A stretch of DNA of 32,000 nt. Source: Nostoc punctiforme PCC 73102. GTDB taxonomy: Bacteria; Cyanobacteriota; Cyanobacteriia; Cyanobacteriales; Nostocaceae. Shown piece by piece: positions 25,200 to 32,000 of the stretch. Made by a program: the position numbers and the translations under genes. The DNA is taken from contig NC_010628.1 in the NCBI RefSeq assembly GCF_000020025.1, positions 4,980,001 through 5,012,000 on the forward strand. Reading direction: 5' to 3'. The notes beneath the pieces were generated by a model that saw only the letters and a program-made list of their open reading frames with translations, was not told where the DNA came from and made no database searches. Every line of letters begins with the position of its first letter. Within the stretch, counting starts at the first letter, position 1.

Positions 25200-26255
25200 A
25201 TGATTTCGCTTTCCCCTATTCTCCAAGCTAGACTTTCCCAACCCCTTAAAATTGGATCGTTTGAGGTGAAAAGTCGGGTTCTCCAGTCGCCTCTATCTGG
25301 AGTGACGGATATGGTGTTTCGCCGTCTCGTGCGTCGCTATGCACCAGATTCGATGATGTATACCGAAATGGTGAATGCTACGGGATTGCATTATGTTAAG
25401 CAGTTACCCAAAATCATGGAGGTAGATCCCAACGAACGCCCAATTAGCGTTCAACTATTTGATTGTCGTCCCGATTTTTTGGCAGAAGCAGCAGTAAAGG
25501 CAGTTGCAGAAGGTGCTGATACTGTTGATATTAATATGGGTTGTCCGGTAAATAAAATCACTAAAAATGGTGGTGGTTCTTCGTTATTGCGGCAACCAGA
25601 AGTAGCAGAAGCAATTGTGCGGGAAGTGGTAAAAGCTGTTGATGTACCTGTGACAGTCAAAACCCGTATTGGCTGGAATGACAACGAAATTACTATTCTC
25701 GACTTTGCCAAGCGGATGGAAGATGCAGGGGCACAAATGATTACAGTCCACGGACGCACCCGCGCCCAAGGATACAATGGCAATGCCCGTTGGGAATGGA
25801 TTACTCGTGTAAAAGAAGTGCTTTCTATCCCAGTGATTGGAAATGGAGATATTTTTTCCGTTGAAGCGGCGGTGAAATGTTTAGAACAAACTGGTGCTGA
25901 TGGTGTGATGTGTTCCCGTGGCACTTTGGGTTATCCGTTTTTGGTGGGAGAAATCGATCACTTCCTAAAAACTGGGGAAATATTACCGACACCTACTCCG
26001 ATTCAGCGTTTGGAATGTGCGAGAGATCATTTACAAGCCTTGTGGGAATATAAAGGCGATCGCGGTGTACGTCAAGCCCGTAAGCACATGACTTGGTATG
26101 CTAAGGGTTTCGTTGGTGCTGCCGAACTTCGAGGACAGCTAAGTTTGGTTGAAAAAGTAGATCAGGGTTTGGCAATGATTGACCAAGCAATTGAAAAACT
26201 GACTAATGGTTACGAATTAGAAGAAGAAGCAGAAGATAGTTTGGTGATACTTTAA
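25200..26255 (+). CDS. dusB: tRNA dihydrouridine synthase
   Basis: 351-aa ORF. SPL.GVTD..FR.L.R......M.YTEMV, D.NMGCP..K......G..LL, V.VPVTVK.R.GW and HGRTR.Q.Y.G.A.W..I are Dus family blocks. Confidence 0.9.
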   Translation: MISLSPILQARLSQPLKIGSFEVKSRVLQSPLSGVTDMVFRRLVRRYAPDSMMYTEMVNATGLHYVKQLPKIMEVDPNERPISVQLFDCRPDFLAEAAVKAVAEGADTVDINMGCPVNKITKNGGGSSLLRQPEVAEAIVREVVKAVDVPVTVKTRIGWNDNEITILDFAKRMEDAGAQMITVHGRTRAQGYNGNARWEWITRVKEVLSIPVIGNGDIFSVEAAVKCLEQTGADGVMCSRGTLGYPFLVGEIDHFLKTGEILPTPTPIQRLECARDHLQALWEYKGDRGVRQARKHMTWYAKGFVGAAELRGQLSLVEKVDQGLAMIDQAIEKLTNGYELEEEAEDSLVIL

Positions 26256-26405
26256 AAAGTTGATTTTAACCTAGCTTGGGTTGATATTACTAGTTACAAA
26301 AAGTGATGCGATCACTTGGATACCAATATTTCAGTTAGGGTTTAAATCTCCTTATGTAACTCTCGTTAATTTTGAATGTTTAACTAGCCAAAATGGAGGC
26401 TCACA

Positions 26406-26960
26406 ATGTTAGTTTCCAAACCCAATGATGTTGTAACCGTCCCCGAAATCCTTTCATTAGAAGACTTCATGGCAAATCCTCCAGAGGGGATGGAGTGGGT
26501 AGACGGGCAACTGATAGAAAAAACAGGGATGACATTGAAACATAGCGAAATTCAAGGCAACATCTACTTTTACTGGAGAAGTTACATCAATTCCAATCAA
26601 CAAGGTGGGAAAGTTTACACTGAAGGACCTTGTCGTACATATAAACAGGGTCGTCGTCCCGATGTAGCTTATCTAACGCCTGAGTTAGTAACTGAATTTG
26701 ATGATGTTCCTACTTTGCCACAGAGTTTCCCGTTGATTGCTGAAATAGTTTCACCCACCGATTTAGCTGAAGAATTATTTCTCAAAGCGCAGGAGTATTT
26801 GCAATCTGGTTGCGAGGAAATTTGGCTAGTATTTTCTGAAAGTCGGTTAGTTTTTGTAATGATTGATAATCAGGTTTTGGGGTTTAAAGCTGGTGATGTG
26901 GTTAGCACTCAAAAAGTATTACTTGGTTTTAGTGTAGCCATAGACGAATTGTTGGGTTGA
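26406..26960 (+). CDS. Uma2 family (DUF820) PD-(D/E)XK endonuclease
   Basis: 184-aa ORF. EWVDGQLIEK...., RRPDVAYL and AEIVSPTD motifs are typical of cyanobacterial Uma2 proteins. A GGAGG SD lies upstream. Confidence 0.8.
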   Translation: MLVSKPNDVVTVPEILSLEDFMANPPEGMEWVDGQLIEKTGMTLKHSEIQGNIYFYWRSYINSNQQGGKVYTEGPCRTYKQGRRPDVAYLTPELVTEFDDVPTLPQSFPLIAEIVSPTDLAEELFLKAQEYLQSGCEEIWLVFSESRLVFVMIDNQVLGFKAGDVVSTQKVLLGFSVAIDELLG

Positions 26961-27014
26961 AAAGGCGCTCCATCTAATAGGGATATGAATACTGATGCTA
27001 CGATGTATAGATAA

Positions 27015-27491
27015 TCACTTATACATATTTGCGGCAGACTGCATCGCCTTAGTAATTGCTTCCGCGTTTGTTTGCGCCCTTCTTGTTAATGCTGCTAACT
27101 GCGGGTCTGTAGAAAAACCAGTGCAAACAGCATTTACTAACTGGCTGTTTACTGTCCCCGACTGAGCTTGCATTGCTGGCATATTCAACTGCTCATTTTT
27201 TGTTACCTGTCCGCTTTGGTTGGCTTCGATTATCCAAGCGTACTGAATCGCATCAGTACCACAATCAGCCGCCATATACATTCGAGTCGCAGATATGTTT
27301 CCTTGAGTGTGATCTATATGCACCCAAAAGCCATAAGCGGAACCACTTGGCTGAATACTATTTTTATCAATGGAAAAAATCTCACCTTGCACTCCTTTAG
27401 CTACAGGTATCCATTGACTAGCGATCTGAGCGTTAACAGGAAGGCAAACAGTAGAAGGCAAAATAGACAAAGCAATCAATTTCTTAATCAC
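27015..27491 (-). CDS. Hypothetical secreted protein
   Basis: 158-aa ORF with a signal peptide (MIKKLIALSILPSTVCLPVNAQ). I recognise no family. Confidence 0.5.
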   Translation of the reverse strand: MIKKLIALSILPSTVCLPVNAQIASQWIPVAKGVQGEIFSIDKNSIQPSGSAYGFWVHIDHTQGNISATRMYMAADCGTDAIQYAWIIEANQSGQVTKNEQLNMPAMQAQSGTVNSQLVNAVCTGFSTDPQLAALTRRAQTNAEAITKAMQSAANMYK

Positions 27492-27587
27492 TGCTCTAAG
27501 TTAAATTTGATACCTCCATTATCAAAGGCGATCTCCCTCTGAAGCATCGGTAACTTTAGCAGTTGGTTGTAAAGACTTGAAAAACTC

Positions 27588-27624
27588 GTTTCAATCCCTA
27601 ATAGGGATTTTCAGCAAATAGTCA
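27588..27624 (-). repeat. Solitary CRISPR-repeat-like hairpin (3' half CCCTATTAGGGATTGAAAC on the minus strand)
   Basis: The plus strand reads GTTTCAATCCCTAATAGGG (27588-27606). Its reverse complement equals, from memory, the 3' half of a 37-nt repeat class used in cyanobacterial type III-associated arrays. There is only one copy in the window, and the 5' half is not conserved. Confidence 0.4.
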
Positions 27625-27817
27625 TAGCACAAGATGCAAATCGCTGAAAGCCAGTCTCCATAAGGTGCGCGGATGGTTTAAAAATACTAGTGCCCTAAAA
27701 GCATTGTATAGATGGAGCAGTAGCCATTTTTTGCTCCTTCTCATTTTGCACACCTACCCATCCGCGCATAAGGCAAGAAAATTAGTCTGATTAGCGATCG
27801 CCTAATCCTTGCACACC

Positions 27818-28909
27818 TTAATTTACCAAATCAGGGAATACCTCTTGCACAGCCGGATGCACTAAGCGATGATTCTGCACATTCACACCCTTCGCTAAGG
27901 CTGGGTTAACTTCTAGCGCCATAATTCCCAAGTTCGCCAACTGGACGATATAAGGTAATGTACTATTATTAAGTGCCTGAGTTGCTGTCCAAGGTACTGC
28001 CCCTGGCATATTAGGTACACCATAATGCACCACACCTTCTTCAAGGTATACCGGATTTGTGTGAGATGTGGCGCGTAAAGTTTCTATACAACCACCTTGG
28101 TCAACAGCTACATCAACTATTACCGAACCAGGACGCATTTGTTTAACTAATTCACGCGATACTAATGTTGGTGCCCTACGTCCTAACACTAAAACTGCAC
28201 CGATGAGCAAATCAGCTTCTTTGACGGCAACTTCAATATGAGCAGAGTTGCTGTAAAGCAATTCCACCCTAGAGCCAAACAAGGTTTCTAGGTAAGATAA
28301 ACGCTCGACACTCACATCTAAAATCTGGACGATCGCACCCATACCCACAGCAATTTTAGCCGCTTCTGTGCCGACAACACCGCCACCTAAAATTACTACT
28401 TTACCTGGCTTGACTCCAGGGACACCGCCCAAAAGCAATCCTCTACCACCTTGCTGACGTTCTAGGAATCTGGCCCCAAATTGTACTGCTAACCGACCTG
28501 CAATCACGCTCATGGGGGTGAGCAAAGGAAGTTTGTTAGCACCAGGTTGTTCTACAGTTTCGTAGGCGATCGCAGTTGTGCCACAATCAATTAAATGTTC
28601 CGTCAATTTGCGATCGGCAGCTAAATGTAAATAAGTAAATAATATCTGCCCTTTCTGCAAAAATTTATACTCAGATGTCAACGGCTCTTTGACTTTCACA
28701 ACCAATTCCCGATTCCAAGCCGTTTCTGATGTGGGGACAATCTCGGCTCCAGCACTTCTGTAGTCGTCATCTGAAAATCCAGCACCATTACCTGCTTGTG
28801 TTTCTACGAAGATGCTATGACCATTTTCTCGCAGCACTCGCACACTAGAAGGACTTAACCCTACACGAAATTCTTGATCCTTATTTTCCTTTGGAACGCC
28901 GATTTCCAT
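27818..28909 (-). CDS. ald: Alanine dehydrogenase
   Basis: 363-aa ORF. The N-terminus is M.IGVPKE.K..E.RV.L.P..V..L...GH...VE..AG.G.GF.D..Y..AGA.IV, with a GGGVVG Rossmann motif. Confidence 0.92.
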   Translation of the reverse strand: MEIGVPKENKDQEFRVGLSPSSVRVLRENGHSIFVETQAGNGAGFSDDDYRSAGAEIVPTSETAWNRELVVKVKEPLTSEYKFLQKGQILFTYLHLAADRKLTEHLIDCGTTAIAYETVEQPGANKLPLLTPMSVIAGRLAVQFGARFLERQQGGRGLLLGGVPGVKPGKVVILGGGVVGTEAAKIAVGMGAIVQILDVSVERLSYLETLFGSRVELLYSNSAHIEVAVKEADLLIGAVLVLGRRAPTLVSRELVKQMRPGSVIVDVAVDQGGCIETLRATSHTNPVYLEEGVVHYGVPNMPGAVPWTATQALNNSTLPYIVQLANLGIMALEVNPALAKGVNVQNHRLVHPAVQEVFPDLVN

Positions 28910-29326
28910 ATATAGCCTCTGATAATTTTTTTGTTTAACTCTAGCCTGCGAATCTCAAGCTTGCTACCGACTTATTACAGATAGCTGTATTAAAGATAGT
29001 TAATCTGTGTTCTAAGTTTCTTAATTTAATCTGAGTAGCCCCAAACTCAAGCCCTTGACTATTACCCCAGTGTTTATACAATATATAAAGAATAGTAACA
29101 ATTTATTAAAAGAGCGATTGTATAGCTCCCTACTAGGAAGCTTTTGCTGAATTGATCAAGTCATCTTGGCATTCAAGCACTGCAATTAGCTCATAAGTTA
29201 CCAAGTTTAGGGTAAAGCTGAAGGGGAAAATACTATTCAATTCCTTTAACCTTTACCGCTTATACCTGACAATTGCTGTGAATTTTCATATCAACTCCCG
29301 TTTGCCGAAAAAAAGGTTTCTTAAAA

Positions 29327-29497
29327 ATGACACAAACACAACCAACAATTACACCTAAACTAGAAGAGCCAAAGTTTGGCTTTAACGAATATGCTGAACG
29401 CTTGAATGGTCGAGCTGCAATGATTGGCTTCGCTTTGATGCTGGTGATTGAATATGTCACCAATCAAGGGGTGCTATCATGGCTGGGTCTGAAGTAG
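29327..29497 (+). CDS. hli: High-light-inducible protein (HLIP / small CAB-like protein)
   Basis: 56-aa ORF absent from the ORF track because it is under 60 aa: MTQTQPTITPKLEEPKFGFNEYAERLNGRAAMIGFALMLVIEYVTNQGVLSWLGLK. It contains the chlorophyll-binding E..NGR.AM.GF helix of the CAB/ELIP/HLIP family, and a good terminator follows. Confidence 0.85.
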   Translation: MTQTQPTITPKLEEPKFGFNEYAERLNGRAAMIGFALMLVIEYVTNQGVLSWLGLK

Positions 29498-29550
29498 TGC
29501 CGCCAACCAGCACAAGGTGCAAGTTCTAAGCTAGTAGTTAAAAGAGTTTC

Positions 29551-29577
29551 AACCAGCTGGAACAACCAGTTGGTTTT
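29551..29577 (+). terminator. Intrinsic terminator of the HLIP gene
   Basis: AACCAGCTGG-aacaa-CCAGTTGGTT (10-bp stem with one G-U pair), followed by TTTG. Confidence 0.65.
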
Positions 29578-29820
29578 GACTTTGGCGATTGATAGCGAAA
29601 TGCTTTGCACTAGAATGTAAGCAAGAGAGGAATCAAAATACCTATTAGTGATAGAAATATCATAGACTTGCAACTAGTATGTGCAAGACAATTAATGACT
29701 ATACTTCCTCCCCAACTAAAGAAAATCATAATTAGTGTCTGCCTTCGATGAGAAAGGCAAATTAAGGGTGAGGTATTCTTGGTAAATATACACAAAAGCT
29801 GAACTGGAACCAACCAAGCT

Positions 29821-30117
29821 GTGATGAATGCTGTATTACCTCGTTTTTTGAAGTCAACCTACCGAAAAGAGCCACTAATCAGTGTATTGGTGACGATGGG
29901 CGCTATAGATGCCCTGATTGGCGGATTGAATGATAGCTGGTCGTTGTTCGCTTTTGGTTTGGGAACAACAGGCATAGCGCTAGCCTTTAAATTGTGGCGT
30001 TTCCAGCAGCGCCGTCCTCTACCAGAGGAACCTGTGGTGCAACATTATTTGCCCTCTCGTTCTTCTAGTGCGCCTTTACCAATGTTAAGCGTTTCTAAGA
30101 AAAAACCACCTCTTTAA
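29821..30117 (+). CDS. Hypothetical small membrane protein
   Basis: 98-aa ORF (GTG 29821 or ATG 29824) with two hydrophobic segments (LISVLVTMGAIDALIGGL, LFAFGLGTTGIALAF) and a basic/Pro-rich tail. I recognise no family. Confidence 0.5.
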   Translation: MMNAVLPRFLKSTYRKEPLISVLVTMGAIDALIGGLNDSWSLFAFGLGTTGIALAFKLWRFQQRRPLPEEPVVQHYLPSRSSSAPLPMLSVSKKKPPL

Positions 30118-30189
30118 GAGTGCTGAATTATGAGTTGATAATTCATAATTCTAAGTGGTTTGTTTGTATATAAAAAGTGAGGAAAAAGT

Positions 30190-31257
30190 GTGAGTAGTGA
30201 GGGAAGAAGTGGGGATAATTTTCTGCGTCCGTATATTATCCTGTCATTTATGGCAGCTGTTGCCCTTCCAGTGACTATCTGGCAAGGGTTTTACATTCAT
30301 CAAGCTCATGCTGCTGTTGAAGTAACACCAAACTCCCCAACTACTAACAGCTTTGCTAATGCCCAACTACTTTACACACTCAGAGGACATAACGGAACTG
30401 TTAAATCTCTCGCTTTCAGTCCAGATAGCAGAATTCTTGCGAGTGGAGGTGCAGAAAATGAGGGTATTATTCGCCTGTGGAATCCAGCAAATGGCAAAAA
30501 GTTGGCGGATATTAACAAAGCACACAAAGCAGCCGTAGAGTCTTTAGTAATTTCACCAGATGGGCAAACCCTTGCTAGTTGTAGTGATGACAACACGATT
30601 AACCTCTGGAACCTGAAAAATTTTAAGTTTAGCCGCTCTTTTGTCGGACATACCAGTAACGTATTATCTTTAGCGGTGTCTCCTGATAGTAAAGTTCTCA
30701 TCAGTGGGGCTTTGGATGGAATTCGGCTATGGGATTTACTACAGCAGCGCCCTTTAGGGACTCTAGTACGCTTCGATAACTTGATTTATACTCTAGCCAT
30801 TAGCCCTGATGGACAGACCTTGGCTAGTGGTGATAGTAAGGGTGTAATCAAGGTATGGAGCTTGAGTACTGGTAAATTAATCAGTGAATTTGTCGCTCAT
30901 TCTAATGTTGTTAGCGCTGTCATCTTTACACCAGATGGACAAACATTAGTGAGTGCTAGCCGCGATCGCACAGTCAAACTGTGGAATATTAATACTGGAG
31001 AATTAGTCCGCACCCTCACAGGACATAATAACTGGGTAAATGCGATCGCTATTAACCCCGATGGACAAACCCTTGCTAGTGCCGGCAAAGATGGGATTAA
31101 AGTGTGGAATTTAACTACAGGTGAGTTAATCAATACACTGAATGGACATACAGACTGGGTAAGTGCGATCGCTTTTAGTCCCAATGGTAAAATTCTTGCC
31201 AGTGGCGGATTTGATCGACAAATCAAGATTTGGGGAACTCCACAAAAACGTAATTAA
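30190..31257 (+). CDS. WD40 repeat protein with N-terminal signal/anchor
   Basis: 355-aa ORF with seven repeats of the type GH...V.S.A.SPDG..LASG..D..I..WN. The N-terminal hydrophobic segment is ILSFMAAVALPVTIW. Confidence 0.88.
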   Translation: MSSEGRSGDNFLRPYIILSFMAAVALPVTIWQGFYIHQAHAAVEVTPNSPTTNSFANAQLLYTLRGHNGTVKSLAFSPDSRILASGGAENEGIIRLWNPANGKKLADINKAHKAAVESLVISPDGQTLASCSDDNTINLWNLKNFKFSRSFVGHTSNVLSLAVSPDSKVLISGALDGIRLWDLLQQRPLGTLVRFDNLIYTLAISPDGQTLASGDSKGVIKVWSLSTGKLISEFVAHSNVVSAVIFTPDGQTLVSASRDRTVKLWNINTGELVRTLTGHNNWVNAIAINPDGQTLASAGKDGIKVWNLTTGELINTLNGHTDWVSAIAFSPNGKILASGGFDRQIKIWGTPQKRN

Positions 31258-31526
31258 CAGCGAATACTAGAATCCCGACTTTTTAAATAAGTTGGGGTTC
31301 TGAATGACTACCGTCCAGGTTCTTAGCCTAATGGCGACTCTTATACAAAAGAGCGATCGCCACAATACCTTGTCTTTGAGGAGAAGGTATTGCAAGCATT
31401 TACTGTGTTTGCTAAACTTTTTTCTTGCTTTTTTAGAGTTTTTATAGTAAAAAATCAAGCAAAGCTCAGATTAGATTTTGCCAGAACTACCCAAAATCAA
31501 TCATTGTAGCAACCAAGTGCGGTGTT

Positions 31527-31630
31527 GCGATGTCTACGACTGGCTATGACGCTCCTGCGCCGCTCTAAGCCTTGGCACAGCCTCTCGTAGAGAAGCCATG
31601 CCGCAGGCTTTACGCTACGCTATCGGTGTC
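31527..31630. repeat. Compound SDR-like element
   Basis: GCGATGTCTACGACTGG..., GGCACAGCCTCTCGTAGAGAAG (compare 7482-7503, 7534-7555 and 18196-18215) and CATGCCGCAGGCTTTACGCTACGCTAT. The last module is the inverse of the TAAAGCCTGCGGCAT module at 18168-18182. Confidence 0.8.
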
Positions 31631-32000
31631 GCCAATTATTGAATAACTGTAAATACTTGATGAAAATACAGCCGAGCTAATATCTTATCCAGCAAATTAC
31701 TGTAAGTATAAACATAGGTAAATTCAAATTATCTATGCAGCTACTTGCCCTCTATAATCGGAACAATTTCTGAACTTAGACAATCTTAGAACTGGTCATC
31801 GTCAGTAAATGCACTCAGGTAAAAATTACTATCTTGGCTGAAGCAAAGGTTTGTAGCGTTTAAGCGCTATTTGAAACGTAAGATAACTTGCTACTTAAAT
31901 GATGTTTAATTTTCCCGAACTGCTTTTGATCCCCATTTCGATAGAATGACTAGGCAGAACCCTAAAACTAAAAACCGCTTTTGACTGCGACGCACATGAA

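Noticed and set aside
27588-27624. CRISPR array
   Set aside because: There is only one repeat-like unit, with no periodic repeat-spacer structure and no cas genes in the window. It is reported only as a solitary repeat-like hairpin.
29180-29326. HLR1 (RpaB) direct-repeat motif upstream of the HLIP gene
   Set aside because: The candidates (GTTACCAAgtTTAGGGTA at 29203-29220 and TTTAACCTTTACCG at 29243-29256) do not fit the (G/T)TTACA(T/A)(T/A)-N2-repeat consensus or its spacing.
29260-29813. Three minus-strand ORFs (67-69 aa) from the ORF track
   Set aside because: They overlap the plus-strand HLIP gene and its terminator, their composition is implausible, and they have no SD. They are shadow ORFs.
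31258-31310. Terminator after the WD40 gene (GAATCCCGAC-N11-GTTGGGGTTC)
   Set aside because: The 10-bp stem needs two G-U pairs and is not followed by a T tract on either strand, so it is not convincing as an intrinsic terminator.
1-32000. Defense island, prophage or biosynthetic gene cluster
   Set aside because: Gene content is dominated by single-copy housekeeping functions on alternating strands. The nuclease-family genes (two Rpn/DUF2887, one Uma2) are isolated singletons of families that are massively expanded in cyanobacteria. They have no partner genes such as methylases, ATPases, toxins or immunity genes.

Overview
The window looks like a chromosomal segment from a filamentous, probably heterocyst-forming cyanobacterium (Nostocales-like). 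Three things support this. The HIP1 octamer GCGATCGC is very frequent. There are heptamer tandem repeats and many very short GC-rich dispersed repeats (SDR-like) embedded in AT-rich spacers. The gene content is typically cyanobacterial: a CcbP-like Ca-binding protein, an HLIP, DUF1517, DUF2887/Rpn and Uma2 nucleases, and a WD40 protein. Most genes are housekeeping. In order they are a PspA/IM30 (Vipp1-like) protein, a Pro-rich membrane protein, DUF721, menB, an Rpn/DUF2887 nuclease, menD and folB. Next come a REC-PAS-GGDEF regulator, a sugar O-acetyltransferase, a ccbP-like gene, one ISAzo13-like IS, DUF1517 and a GT4 glycosyltransferase. After these are a disrupted class D beta-lactamase, thiS, thiE, a DUF1565 beta-helix protein, a long TetR-family regulator divergent from a Delta9 desaturase and a second Rpn/DUF2887 paralog. 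The last stretch holds dusB, Uma2, a secreted hypothetical, ald, a small HLIP gene missing from the ORF track, a small membrane protein and a WD40 protein. I do not see a convincing multi-gene novel system such as a defense island, prophage, BGC or CRISPR-cas locus. Six things are most unusual. (1) SDR micro-elements sit inside coding sequence: a 135-nt in-frame array in menD and a ~29-nt copy placing two TAG stops in an otherwise intact OXA-like gene. (2) A ~409-aa TetR regulator has a C-terminal half that looks like a degenerate tyrosine-recombinase domain, with a perfect 17-bp palindrome in the spacer it shares with desC. (3) A solitary CRISPR-repeat-like hairpin lies in a structured spacer downstream of ald. 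(4) An Rpn/DUF2887 gene is bracketed by ~44-bp direct repeats and followed by a fossil copy of its own 3' end. (5) The IS has an A9 slippery run and sits 88 bp upstream of ccbP. (6) A ~900-bp AT-rich leader carrying a TGA(A/G)ACA motif array precedes the GGDEF regulator. All functional calls come from motif recognition by eye, with no database search.
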